Origin: an uncultured cyanobacterium
GTDB lineage: Bacteria > Cyanobacteriota > Cyanobacteriia > Cyanobacteriales > CAWCAG01
Reading direction: 5' to 3'
NCBI GenBank assembly: GCA_963793425.1
Contig: CAWCAG010000005.1
Coordinates: 2,048,001-2,112,000 of the forward strand
Length of the DNA stretch: 64,000 nucleotides
In this document: positions 20,913-30,907 of the stretch, one piece after another
How positions within the stretch are numbered: the stretch's first letter is position 1
How the letters are laid out: each line of letters begins with the position of its first letter
The notes under the pieces: generated by a model
What the model was told of the DNA's origin: nothing
The model's database searches: none
What the model saw: only the letters and a program-made list of their open reading frames with translations
Made by a program: the position numbers and the translations under genes

Positions 20913-21608
20913 TTAGGAATTTTCTTTCATCGGCTCAGCTACATAATTAAAATTCTTGTCAGAATTCCAAGGGCCACGTTCATCTTTACCGTCACCATTG
21001 GTAGAGAGATTGTAATAAAGATCCACTGTTTCATCAGGCTGAACATTGCCGAAGAAAGGATCGGTTAATTTCCCTAAAGAATTCAATGCTTCCATGAACA
21101 TTTTTGTATGGGAAATTTCGCGAGTTAATAAATGTACTAAAGTATCTTTTGTTCCTTCGTCTGGTGCTAATTTAATTAAGGATTCATAGGTTTGTCGCGC
21201 CCCCGCTTCTGCTGCAATGTTTGCTCGTAAATCTCTAACCACATCACCACCTTCATTAAGATAAGTAGCTGTCCAAGCACTACCTTGAGAATCTAAGAAA
21301 TGAGGCCCTTGACCACGTACAGCGAATAAAGTACTTTTATAAGCATCTGTTTGGTCAACATTTTTGGTATGAATTTCAATTAGTTTGCCAATCATTTCTA
21401 AATGGCTAAACTCTTCTACAGCGATGTCTTGCAACATATCTTTGATGCCAGCATCTTCAACATGAAAAGACTGTACCCAATATTGTAGAGCCGCAGAAAG
21501 TTCTCCGGTTGCACCACCAAATTGTTCTAAAAGAAGCTGAGCAAAACGTGGGTCTGCTTCTTTAACATTTACTGTTTTATTAATTAGTTCTTTTTTGTGA
21601 AAAAACAC
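20913..21608 (-). CDS. katB: Manganese catalase (KatB-like)
   Basis: EQFGGATGEL, DIAVEEFSHLE, ANIAAEAGAR and REISH motifs. Confidence 0.88.
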   Translation of the reverse strand: MFFHKKELINKTVNVKEADPRFAQLLLEQFGGATGELSAALQYWVQSFHVEDAGIKDMLQDIAVEEFSHLEMIGKLIEIHTKNVDQTDAYKSTLFAVRGQGPHFLDSQGSAWTATYLNEGGDVVRDLRANIAAEAGARQTYESLIKLAPDEGTKDTLVHLLTREISHTKMFMEALNSLGKLTDPFFGNVQPDETVDLYYNLSTNGDGKDERGPWNSDKNFNYVAEPMKENS

Positions 21609-22019
21609 TGATTTAGTAGCTCCTCTTATAGAGAAAACAACAAAGATAAATATTTCGTTGCTATACTCAATTTCTTTTTTATCCTAAGTTAAATTAAGCT
21701 AGTAAAGCTTGGTTCCCAAGTAAGACTTGTGAGGGAGTAAACTTACTCATAAAGAAATAAAAACAAGAAATAGTCTTCTAACTTCTGGAATAGTCACGAA
21801 AGCAGGGAGCAGTGAGCAGCCAAGAGTTGCAGCTTATTTTAGCTGAGTCTGCAATATATCTTTTAAATGTGTAGCAGTTCAGAAAAGCTGAGAGGAAAAG
21901 TTTATCTCACTCTCACCTCAAACTAATCTCTTCAGAACTCCTTGGCAGTAAACTAACCAGAAGAAAGGGAAAAATAAATTTGCTAATCCAGTTCTATTGA
22001 AGAAAAAGAAGGTGTAAAC

Positions 22020-23441
22020 GTGGCAGTTGAATATGATGTTGTCGTCATAGGCGGTGGTTCTGGAGGCTTGGTGGTGGCTAGTGTGGCGGCACAACTCAAA
22101 GCTAAGGTTGCCTTAGTAGAAAAAGACCGTTTAGGAGGGGATTGTCTCTGGTATGGTTGCGTTCCTAGTAAATCCTTAATTCATGCTGCCCGTAGCGCCT
22201 ATGAAGTTAAACACGCTGCCCGTTTTGGTGTTCATACTGAGGGAGTAAAAATTGACTTCGCCCAAGCGAATAGTCATGTACAAAAAGTAATTGCAGCTAT
22301 TGAACCCAACGATTCCCCGGAAAGATTTCGTGGTTTGGGGGTGGAAGTGATTTTTGGTTCCGGTCAATTCTTAGATAGCAAAACCTTCGTTGTCGGCAAT
22401 CGCCAACTCAAAGCCCGTGCCTTCGTTATTGCCACAGGTTCCCGCCCCTCTGCCCCTCCCATAACAGGTTTAGAAGAGGCGGGTTATTTAACCAACGAAC
22501 AGGTTTTTTCTCTTCAAGAGCTTCCTGAATCCTTAGCTATTATTGGCGCAGGGCCGATCGGTTGTGAGTTGGGGCAATCTTTCCATCGTTTGGGGGCAGA
22601 AGTTACTATTATTGCTAGCCGACAACATATCTTACATAAGGAAGACCCAGAAGCAGCAGAAGTGGTAGAAAGACAGCTTGAATCTGAAGGTATTCGTATT
22701 CTTAAAGCAAGTCGGGCGGAAAAAGTTGAAGTTATTGAAGGGAAGAAGTGTGTGATTGCCGGAGACGAGAAAGTCTTGGTTGAAGAAATTTTAGTAGCCG
22801 CAGGACGCGCCCCCAATGTTGAAACCCTGAATTTAGAAGCAGCAGGGGTTAAGTATGACAAGAAAGGCATTAAGGTTAATGAAAAACTACAAACTTCCAA
22901 CAATCGTATTTACGCTTGCGGGGATGTTATTGGGGGTTATCAGTTTACCCATGTAGCTGGTTATGAAGGGGGAGTTGCCGCTACCAATGCCCTGTTTTTG
23001 CCTTTCAGCAAAGCTAATTATGAAGTTATACCTTGGGCAACTTTCACAGATCCAGAACTTGCCCGCGTGGGTTTAACCGAAGAACAAGCTAGGAAGCGTT
23101 ACGGAGATGATATTTATATTAACAAACAAGAGTTTGCTGATGTAGATCGCGCCCAAGCAGAAGGAGCTACAGCAGGGTTTTGTAAGATTATTACTAAAGG
23201 TAATGGAGAAATTCTCGGCGCACATATTGTAGGAGCCTCAGCAGGAGAATTAATCCATGAAGTTGTTTTAGCAATGGCGAATAAGTTAAAAGTTTCTGCC
23301 CTCAAAGGTATTCACATTTACCCAACTTTAACGGAGGTAAATGCTAAAGCGGCCTTAAAGTTAACTAAACAGAAATATGCCAAAAATGAAAGGCTGCAAG
23401 GAATTTTGCAGAAGCTATTTAACTTCCTGCGCTCTTTTTAG
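22020..23441 (+). CDS. Class-I pyridine nucleotide-disulfide oxidoreductase (MerA/LpdA-like)
   Basis: GGGSGG, GGDCLWYGCVPSK and HIYPT; lacks the C-terminal CC pair of true MerA. Confidence 0.88.
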   Translation: MAVEYDVVVIGGGSGGLVVASVAAQLKAKVALVEKDRLGGDCLWYGCVPSKSLIHAARSAYEVKHAARFGVHTEGVKIDFAQANSHVQKVIAAIEPNDSPERFRGLGVEVIFGSGQFLDSKTFVVGNRQLKARAFVIATGSRPSAPPITGLEEAGYLTNEQVFSLQELPESLAIIGAGPIGCELGQSFHRLGAEVTIIASRQHILHKEDPEAAEVVERQLESEGIRILKASRAEKVEVIEGKKCVIAGDEKVLVEEILVAAGRAPNVETLNLEAAGVKYDKKGIKVNEKLQTSNNRIYACGDVIGGYQFTHVAGYEGGVAATNALFLPFSKANYEVIPWATFTDPELARVGLTEEQARKRYGDDIYINKQEFADVDRAQAEGATAGFCKIITKGNGEILGAHIVGASAGELIHEVVLAMANKLKVSALKGIHIYPTLTEVNAKAALKLTKQKYAKNERLQGILQKLFNFLRSF

Positions 23442-23501
23442 GGAGGTGGGGAACTGGGGAGCTAAGGTTAAAACTATTAGCAACTAGCAATTAGCTATTA
23501 C

Positions 23502-24194
23502 CTAAGCTCGCTTTCCTGTGACAATATAAGAAACTCTTTGAGCGATATTAGTGGCATGATCTGCCATTCTTTCTAGGTGGCGGATTACTAAACCGAGAAT
23601 CAAAATTGGTTCTACTACTCCTTTAATATCTCGTTGCGAAGCTAAAGTGTTATAAAGATTGTCGTAAGCTTCATCTACGGTATCATCAAGCTTTTTAACT
23701 ATTTGTCCAGCATTAGGCTCTAAATCAGTCAGGGCAACTAAACTAACTGCTAACATTGCCTGAGCATGGCGAGACATGGTTTCAACTTCCCCAAGGCAGT
23801 GATGAGGAGGATAAGGTAATAGTTTGATGGCCATTTCTGCTAAATCTTCGGCATAGTCTCCAATCCGTTCTAAATCCCGTACCAATTGCATAAAAGCGCT
23901 CAATATTCTTAAGTCTTGGGCAACAGGAGATTGTAATGTCATCAAAGCAGCACATTCTCGCTCAATTTGACGATAGTAGTCATCGATTTGATCATCAAGA
24001 GAATTTATTTCTTCCAGAACCTGGAGGTTGCGTTCAAAAAGAGTTTGGTGGCTTAAGCGAAAAGATTGCTCTACTAATGCCCCCATGCGTAGAACCTCTT
24101 GTTGTAAGCGTCTTAAGGCACGCTCAAACTCCATGTTGGAGGAATGATATAAGGATTGAGAATTGTTAGTTTGCAAAGATAAGTTCACAGGCAA
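23502..24194 (-). CDS. phoU: Phosphate signalling regulator PhoU (SphU); start uncertain
   Basis: PVAQDLR, DLERIGDYA and LERMADHATNIA motifs. Confidence 0.94.
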   Translation of the reverse strand: MPVNLSLQTNNSQSLYHSSNMEFERALRRLQQEVLRMGALVEQSFRLSHQTLFERNLQVLEEINSLDDQIDDYYRQIERECAALMTLQSPVAQDLRILSAFMQLVRDLERIGDYAEDLAEMAIKLLPYPPHHCLGEVETMSRHAQAMLAVSLVALTDLEPNAGQIVKKLDDTVDEAYDNLYNTLASQRDIKGVVEPILILGLVIRHLERMADHATNIAQRVSYIVTGKRA

Positions 24195-24297
24195 AAAGGA
24201 ATATTTAAAAAGATAATTAATTAAATTGATATAAGTCTAATCTAATTTCTTGTTTGTGAATAAAAAATAATGGCTTGTTAGTATTTCTGTATACATT

Positions 24298-25656
24298 TCA
24301 GGGCTGCTCTTTATTTGTATTACCCATCAACGGTAACTGAATTTGCAGCCAGCCACCACCTGTTTGAGGATGATTTTTGGCTTGAATGGAACCGTTATGG
24401 GCTTTGACTATTTCTTGAACAATGGAAAGCCCTAAACCACTACCACTGCTTATGGGTAACGCTGCTAAATTTTGGTGGTCAGAATCTTGGCGTTTGCGAG
24501 AAATATCTCCTCGGTAAAGCCTTTCAAATACATAGGGTAAATCGGCTTCAGAAAAGCCACTACCTGCATCAATTATATTGATTTGGACGAAAACATCTGT
24601 CTCTAATGTATCTTTTTCTAAAATTGGTAAGGGTTCAGGGGAAGTTGGAGTAATTGTTTTTACCTCAACTCGAATAACTTCACCAGCAGGACTATTTTTA
24701 ATGCCATTATCTAAAAGATTAATGAAAATCTGAGTTAAACGAGATTTATCTGCTTCTAAAGAAATACTTTTAACTTCAGAATAAGCAATTTTAATTTGCT
24801 TTTTTTGGGCGATAGGTTCTAAAATTTGCCAAGCGTAAAATACTAAGTCTTTTAAAACAAGGGGAGTTTTTACTAACTTTTGGTAAGGATTTTCTGCTAA
24901 ATTGCTAACTTCTAAATAATCTTGTACCAACTGCATCAAGCGATTACCTTCAGTTAGCATTTGTTCTACCCAAGAAAGTTCTATACCTTGAAGACGCATT
25001 TGTAAGGCTTCTGCCACCAAACTAATGGAAGTTAAGGGCGTACGCAGTTCGTGGGCTAAATCAGTAAAGGTGCGATCGCGCGAACGTTCTAATTCTGCTA
25101 GATGCTGTCTATTTTCAATAAAAATGCCAACTTGTTTTTGAGGCAGAGGTAAGCTAGAACCTCTTACCGAAAGAGAAGTTTGTAAAGGGTTTTGTTTTTG
25201 ATAATTAGTAGTATGAAATATCCATTCTCTAGTGTAGGATTTTTGGGAAATACGGGTTTGTTCAATTAAACGATCCAATTCATAGGAACGTACTAACTCT
25301 AGAATCAAACGTAACTGCCCTGGTTGCCAACGATCTATTTTGAGTAGTTTTTGTGCTTGTAGATTGCACCACAGTAAGCGATTTTCTTCGTCCACCTGTA
25401 GATAACCTACAGGGGCAGAATTAAGTAGATGCTGCCACTCCTGGATTTCTGCTTCTAGTTCCAGGGTTTGCTGATGAGAACGACTAATCTCTCGCCGCAC
25501 CTGATAAACCATCGGTAAAGAAACTGTATCAGCATTGTTATCAGGCAAAGAAGTTAGAACTTGTTTTAGTTTAGAGTTCAACTTTCGCTGTCGCCAAAAG
25601 CCAAAGCCGATTCCCAGGCTCAAACCTAAGATGAAGGCGATGATGATCTTAATCAT
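24298..25656 (-). CDS. sphS: Phosphate sensor histidine kinase (SphS/PhoR)
   Basis: AHELRTPL, NLLDN and GSGLGL; lies between an OmpR-type regulator and phoU. Confidence 0.88.
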   Translation of the reverse strand: MIKIIIAFILGLSLGIGFGFWRQRKLNSKLKQVLTSLPDNNADTVSLPMVYQVRREISRSHQQTLELEAEIQEWQHLLNSAPVGYLQVDEENRLLWCNLQAQKLLKIDRWQPGQLRLILELVRSYELDRLIEQTRISQKSYTREWIFHTTNYQKQNPLQTSLSVRGSSLPLPQKQVGIFIENRQHLAELERSRDRTFTDLAHELRTPLTSISLVAEALQMRLQGIELSWVEQMLTEGNRLMQLVQDYLEVSNLAENPYQKLVKTPLVLKDLVFYAWQILEPIAQKKQIKIAYSEVKSISLEADKSRLTQIFINLLDNGIKNSPAGEVIRVEVKTITPTSPEPLPILEKDTLETDVFVQINIIDAGSGFSEADLPYVFERLYRGDISRKRQDSDHQNLAALPISSGSGLGLSIVQEIVKAHNGSIQAKNHPQTGGGWLQIQLPLMGNTNKEQP

Positions 25657-25770
25657 TGGTCATATCCTTAGTCCTTTGTTATCGATTTTAGAGGGTGCAA
25701 CTGAAAACAGTTGTTCGCACCAATTTCAATTAAGAACTAATGACGAATAATCGCATGATAACTAAACTAA

Positions 25771-26523
25771 TTAGCCAAAGCGATAGCCAAAACCCCGCAC
25801 GGTAATAATATATTCTGGCTTACTAGGATCTAATTCTAGTTTCTCTCGTAACCAGCGAATGTGAACATCAACTGTTTTGGTATCTCCTAAAAAGTCTATG
25901 CCCCAAATTTGCTCAATCAATTGTTCCCTTGACCAAACTCGGCGAGGATAGCCAATAAATAGTTCTAAAAGTTTAAACTCTTTCGGAGAAAGATTAACTT
26001 CTTCATCTCGTACTGTTACTCGACATTCTTGGGGAATCAAAGTAACTTCCTTAAATTTGAGAGTTGCAGGCTGTCCTTGGGAACTATAACGTTGTCGCCG
26101 TAACAAAGCGCGACAACGAGCTACTAATTCCTTCATACTAAAGGGTTTAGTGAGATAATCATCTGCTCCCACTTCTAAACCAAGTACACGATCTGTTTCG
26201 CTGGCTTTAGCGCTTAAAATCAAAATTGGTACAATATTGCCTTGATAACGTAGCAGACGGCAAATATCTAAACCATTAATTTGGGGCAGCATTAAGTCTA
26301 AAACAATTAAATCAAAAGGAAATTCTTGAGAATTCGACTCTTCCTTTTGAAGAAATCCTAAAGCCTCACGCCCATCAGTGGCAGTTGTAACCTCGTAGCC
26401 TTCCTCCTGTAAAGCTAATACAACCATTTGCCGAATTAAATTCTCGTCTTCAACTACCAAAATTTTGCTAGTCTTAGTCAATTTTGGTTGAGAAGGGGTT
26501 TGTGGTATTTCGAGGGAAAGCAT
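25771..26523 (-). CDS. sphR: Phosphate regulon response regulator (SphR/PhoB)
   Basis: Receiver domain plus winged helix (TVDVHIRWLREK, TVRGFGYRFG); operon context. Confidence 0.88.
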   Translation of the reverse strand: MLSLEIPQTPSQPKLTKTSKILVVEDENLIRQMVVLALQEEGYEVTTATDGREALGFLQKEESNSQEFPFDLIVLDLMLPQINGLDICRLLRYQGNIVPILILSAKASETDRVLGLEVGADDYLTKPFSMKELVARCRALLRRQRYSSQGQPATLKFKEVTLIPQECRVTVRDEEVNLSPKEFKLLELFIGYPRRVWSREQLIEQIWGIDFLGDTKTVDVHIRWLREKLELDPSKPEYIITVRGFGYRFG

Positions 26524-26710
26524 AAAGATGTTATCCAGTATTGTTCTACACAAACATATATAACAAAATCATACCGTTTGGAGATGCGATTGGGAATTTT
26601 ACATTGATTCAGATTTGATATTTAAGGTTTTGCCTGTGACTTTAGTTTATATACTGGATAAGGAATGGTTTTTTTATTAAAGAATAGTTTTTTTCACTTC
26701 CCCCTTAGCA

Positions 26711-27181
26711 ATGCAATATATCGACACTAAACAAGCGGCCCAAATTTTAAAAATTACTCCCCGAAGAGTCGTTTACTTACTACAACAAAAACGTATCCGA
26801 GGGGCATATAAAATAGGCAAGGCTTGGGCAATTCCTTTATATTGTGGCAAACCGAATGTTTCTCGTGGAACCAGAGGTCCCAAACCTCGTTGGACTAAAC
26901 CTCGTTTGCCTGGGGCGAAAATCATTCACGTCAACGGACAAGCAATTTCCAAAAACCAAAAAGATAATGGCATCAGACCAGTAATCAGCGTTAAACAGAG
27001 TGTAGATAATCGCGATCGCAACGACTACGGACATGAGGTCGAAATCTACGGTTATTGCCGTTTAGTTTATCGCCCAGACAAACCCCGCTCTTGTGGAGCA
27101 ACTTTATGGATTGAAACCTATGCAGGGGTGGATATAGTTACATTTATAGGAAATCGAAATCTAAGAATTCAAAGGCAATAA
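26711..27181 (+). CDS. Uncharacterised excisionase-like HTH protein, paralogue 1
   Basis: N-terminal HTH (T.QAA.ILKITPRRV..LL) plus a C-domain (IIHVN, PVISVK, YGHEVEIYG.CRL.Y, GA.LWIET). Confidence 0.8.
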   Translation: MQYIDTKQAAQILKITPRRVVYLLQQKRIRGAYKIGKAWAIPLYCGKPNVSRGTRGPKPRWTKPRLPGAKIIHVNGQAISKNQKDNGIRPVISVKQSVDNRDRNDYGHEVEIYGYCRLVYRPDKPRSCGATLWIETYAGVDIVTFIGNRNLRIQRQ

Positions 27182-27271
27182 TATAGGGGCGACCCATAAT
27201 CATTAAACATTTTTCTTTGGCTCACATTCGGTAGAGTTGGGTATATGGGTAGACATTTACAAACCATGTGG

Positions 27272-27814
27272 TTATGCTGCTTTACTACGAAGCAGTCTTG
27301 AATCACCATCAGAGGCGATCGCTTCAAAACAAGAATCCATTTCCAGAAAAAGCTGCCAATAATCCTGGTTACATCGTGTCATCAACATTTGGATAAATAA
27401 CTCTTCTAATTGAGAGTTGCGTTTACCTTTCCAAAGAGTATCGGCCAAAGCAACACAAATTTCTTCAAAAGAACATTCCATTGTTTCCCATTGACTGTGA
27501 GAACGACAACATCGGGCCAGTTTTGAATCAACTCCGTGAGAGACTAGCAACTTTTCACCATCAGCCTCATGATTGTTGCCTTTAGCAATCAATTCCTGGG
27601 GATGAATAATCTTACCCGCATCATGAAGGGCAATACCCAAGCGGAAAAAGTTTTCGTCAAACTGCACCGGTAATTCATGTAGCTTCGAGATCAATAACTC
27701 AGCCGCTTCCCCAACTAATTTGACGTGAAGAAGTAGCTTTGTTGAGGCTCCCAATTCTTGAAGAAACTGGTAAGCTTCCGATACTGTTTGCAAAGTTCTA
27801 ATTTGCCTATTCAT
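27272..27814 (-). CDS. HD-domain protein
   Basis: H...LHDAGK, NHE and ALAD.LWKGKR motifs. Confidence 0.8.
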   Translation of the reverse strand: MNRQIRTLQTVSEAYQFLQELGASTKLLLHVKLVGEAAELLISKLHELPVQFDENFFRLGIALHDAGKIIHPQELIAKGNNHEADGEKLLVSHGVDSKLARCCRSHSQWETMECSFEEICVALADTLWKGKRNSQLEELFIQMLMTRCNQDYWQLFLEMDSCFEAIASDGDSRLLRSKAA

Positions 27815-27876
27815 GAATTTGTGACGAGAAAAGAAAAGGAAAAGGCTTTCCCTTCCTTTCCCCAATCAGGCTGTAA

Positions 27877-29403
27877 CTATGCCCCTACAGATTCTTTAGC
27901 AGCATAAAGAACTTCAACATTAATATCAGTAATACCGCGATCGCGGGCAAATTTCTCAGTATTACGCTTCACTTTACCCCGTACAAAGCCAGGAATTTTA
28001 TTTAATTCTGCCTTACCATCCTTTGTCCAATTAAGGTCAGAGTCAGCAGAGATTCCTTTATGAATCGCTTCTTTGGTATCATGTCCCCCAAAGATTTCTA
28101 ATAGATGGTCTTCCATACCCAAGGTAAACGAGTTATAAACCAAGTCAGCCATTTGGTTAGTTCCTTCATAGCCCAAGAAAGGTTTGTAACCAATGGGGAA
28201 ATCTTGAATGTGAATCGGAGCAGCAATTACCCCACAAGGAATATTTAAACGCTTACCCACATGGCGTTCCATTTGGGTTCCAAAAATCGCCGACGGTTCG
28301 TGACGGGCAATCATGTCCCCAATTTCACCATTATCATTGCTGATAAGGACTTCATCGCAATATTCACTAACTTGTTCTTTGAACCACTCTTGATCATACT
28401 TACAATAGGTTCCGGCACAGACTACATGAATGCCCATTTCCCTCGCTAAAATCTTCGTCATCGCTGCTGCGTGGGTATTATCCCCAAAAACCACCGCTTT
28501 TTTCCCCGTTAAATTTTGGCAGTCAATGGAGCGAGAAAACCAAGCAGCTTGGGAAACGTGAAGAGTTTGGTTATTAATATAGTCTTCGTAGTCAACTTCT
28601 GCCCCTTGAGCATTAATAACCTCTTGAATCTTACGTAAGCAACGGGCTGTTTCCACAACACCCATAGGAGTTATATCAACATAGGGCGTACCAAATTCTT
28701 TTTCTAAATATTGGGCAGTCATCTGACCCAATTCTCGATAGGGAAGGAGGTTAAACCATGCACGGGGCAAACTTTTTAATTCTTGTACCGAAGCACCTTC
28801 CGGAATGACAGCATTAACTTCAATGCCCAAATCTGCCATCAAGCGCTTCAACTCTGTACAATCATGTTGGTTATGGAAACCCAGGGTAGACATACCAATA
28901 ATGTTAACGGAAGGCTTCTCCGTCTTCTCTGTAACTAAATCACCTTTTTTCCGCGCTTTGGCAATATAGTATTGAACAATTTGGTCTAAAGTCCGGTCAG
29001 CCGCTTGCAGTTCATCAACCCGATAGTGATTGACATCTGCTAGTAAGACATCTCCTTGAGAATCAATTTGGGCGCGATCTACAAAGTTTTGTAAGTCTTC
29101 TTGAAGAATACTAGAAGTACAAGTAGGGGTAAGAACAATTAAATCAGGATGTTCTTCTTGATCTTTACGAGTAATATTATCAACAACCTTTTCCTGGGAA
29201 CCTCTAGCCAAGACATTGCGATCCACAATACTAGCTGTCACCGGAGTAAAGTCTCTTTCTCGCTCTAACATTGAGCGCATGACATTAAAATAATCATCTC
29301 CTAAAGGAGCGTGCATAATAGCATGAACGTTTTTAAAAGAACTAGCAATACGTAAAGTGCCAATGTGGGCAGGGCCAGCATACATCCAATAAGCTAGTTT
29401 CAT
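27877..29403 (-). CDS. chlB: Light-independent protochlorophyllide reductase subunit B
   Basis: [25 protein letters not shown] and a PCP-red tail ([14 protein letters not shown]). Confidence 0.98.
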   Translation of the reverse strand: MKLAYWMYAGPAHIGTLRIASSFKNVHAIMHAPLGDDYFNVMRSMLERERDFTPVTASIVDRNVLARGSQEKVVDNITRKDQEEHPDLIVLTPTCTSSILQEDLQNFVDRAQIDSQGDVLLADVNHYRVDELQAADRTLDQIVQYYIAKARKKGDLVTEKTEKPSVNIIGMSTLGFHNQHDCTELKRLMADLGIEVNAVIPEGASVQELKSLPRAWFNLLPYRELGQMTAQYLEKEFGTPYVDITPMGVVETARCLRKIQEVINAQGAEVDYEDYINNQTLHVSQAAWFSRSIDCQNLTGKKAVVFGDNTHAAAMTKILAREMGIHVVCAGTYCKYDQEWFKEQVSEYCDEVLISNDNGEIGDMIARHEPSAIFGTQMERHVGKRLNIPCGVIAAPIHIQDFPIGYKPFLGYEGTNQMADLVYNSFTLGMEDHLLEIFGGHDTKEAIHKGISADSDLNWTKDGKAELNKIPGFVRGKVKRNTEKFARDRGITDINVEVLYAAKESVGA

Positions 29404-29679
29404 ATAATTGTGCCTCCAGTTGTGGTTGTAAATGCTTATAGTAGTTGAATTAATTTGCGCTCTAAAGCATTGTCTCAGATATGAGGTAAACACTATTTTC
29501 TTTCGTATGAGGGGAGGATTTGCTCTAGATTGTTGCCATAGCTTGGTTTCTGGGGTTTTGAAGCAATGGTTAAGTAAGGGGAAAGTTGTTTAAGGGTAAA
29601 GATTCTTAATTGTTCTTCTTGTTTCTTTAAATTGAATATTTATTGTTCCTTCTTTGATAGGAAGTAGAATTATTTCTAA

Positions 29680-29988
29680 TTATTCCTCATCTTGCTCAAA
29701 AAGTTTAGTTAAATCCTGATAACCACTAACTACTCTCAAGATTTCAATTCCTTCTGCTATTGGGCGATAAAAGATAAGATAACTCTCTACGGGGAAACTT
29801 CTTACCATAGGAAAAAGCTCATCTCGTCTTCGTCCCATGTTAGGAAAACGAGCTAAAGTTTGACATTTTTGATTGATCTTCTTTAAATAGCTTTCTGCTG
29901 CATCTAATCCACGATTATCAGCAATATAATCAATTATACTTTCAATGTCTCGACTGGCAGGAACAGTAAAACGACAAATGTTACTCAT
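29680..29988 (-). CDS. RelE/ParE-family toxin
   Basis: A.RDIESI.DYIA, PNMGRRRDEL, YLIFYR and ILRVVSG motifs. Confidence 0.9.
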   Translation of the reverse strand: MSNICRFTVPASRDIESIIDYIADNRGLDAAESYLKKINQKCQTLARFPNMGRRRDELFPMVRSFPVESYLIFYRPIAEGIEILRVVSGYQDLTKLFEQDEE

Positions 29989-29990
29989 TA

Positions 29991-30257
29991 TTATTGTGCT
30001 TGATAGCGACGCTGCTCTAATTTCCTTTGAATAGAACCAAAAACAGTTTCACTATCTATAACTTCACCTCTTTCAGAAGCCTTTACGCCCACCATAACTT
30101 CTTGCCTAATCTCAGCAAAATGCCCCTCATAAATATGCTCTATTTCCATCAATAATTTTAATCCAGCATTGACAGCTTCATTTAATGACTTATATTGACC
30201 ACTAGTGACTTTTTCCTGAATAAACTGCTCTAGTTCAGGCTGTAAACTAATTTCCAT
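29991..30257 (-). CDS. ParD-like (RHH) antitoxin
   Basis: MEISL.PELEQFI..KV.SGQY; ends 2 nt before the toxin start. Confidence 0.88.
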   Translation of the reverse strand: MEISLQPELEQFIQEKVTSGQYKSLNEAVNAGLKLLMEIEHIYEGHFAEIRQEVMVGVKASERGEVIDSETVFGSIQRKLEQRRYQAQ

Positions 30258-30354
30258 AATCCAAAATCACTAAATAACTTTATATTATACTCAAAACGTT
30301 TGTCTCAGGTACGTGTTGCTGCTTCTTCAAATTGTCTTGCGGTCATGGAGCTTC

Positions 30355-30618
30355 TTACTCAAAAGGGTTATCACGATTGTGACGAACAGGAGTTTCTAGA
30401 ATGTAGTTCTCTTCAATACAACTTTTACGCAACTCAGCAAACATATCTGCCAAGGGCGGTTTTTGTTGTTGCTGATGCCAGATGAGAAATTGCTCAAACA
30501 TTTTTGTCTCTATAACAGCAGCTACAGGACGTTCTTGTTGGTAAATAATCTGTGGTTCAAAGTTCGCAGCATTGATTAATTCGATAAATTTTTGCTGTGC
30601 TTCTTCTGTCCCAGCCAT
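30355..30618 (-). CDS. Orphan Phd/YefM-like antitoxin
   Basis: EAQQKF.ELI.AA..EPQII...RPVAAVI, C-terminal RHNRDNPF; no toxin ORF follows. Confidence 0.65.
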   Translation of the reverse strand: MAGTEEAQQKFIELINAANFEPQIIYQQERPVAAVIETKMFEQFLIWHQQQQKPPLADMFAELRKSCIEENYILETPVRHNRDNPFE

Positions 30619-30907
30619 TTTTTATTGATGCAAAAAGTTATTTAGCTAAATGATACTTTATCAACAAACAGCTAATTGTTTTGTATTAATTTCCTACAGT
30701 GTATAGCGATCGCAACTTTTGTAAAATTCTTATGATACCAAACAGATAACCTGTGCCGCCCTTGCCGAATTTAGTATCAGACCGTAATTGTGAAAATTTG
30801 TATCCCTTGCGTATTTCTGCTTGGGAAGTAGATAAATACCTTTAGAAAGCAGTTATGCAAATGCAATTGAACTTCAATTGCCATATTTATCCTATCTGAC
30901 AAAACTT

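Noticed and set aside
22020..23441. Calling the flavoprotein mercuric reductase (merA)
   Set aside because: It has no C-terminal Cys-Cys pair, no NmerA domain and no neighbouring mer genes.
26524..26710. Pho box upstream of sphR
   Set aside because: Only one CTTAAAT-like half-site is visible, without clear 11-bp periodic repeats; the conserved blocks here match the HTH paralogue's upstream region instead.
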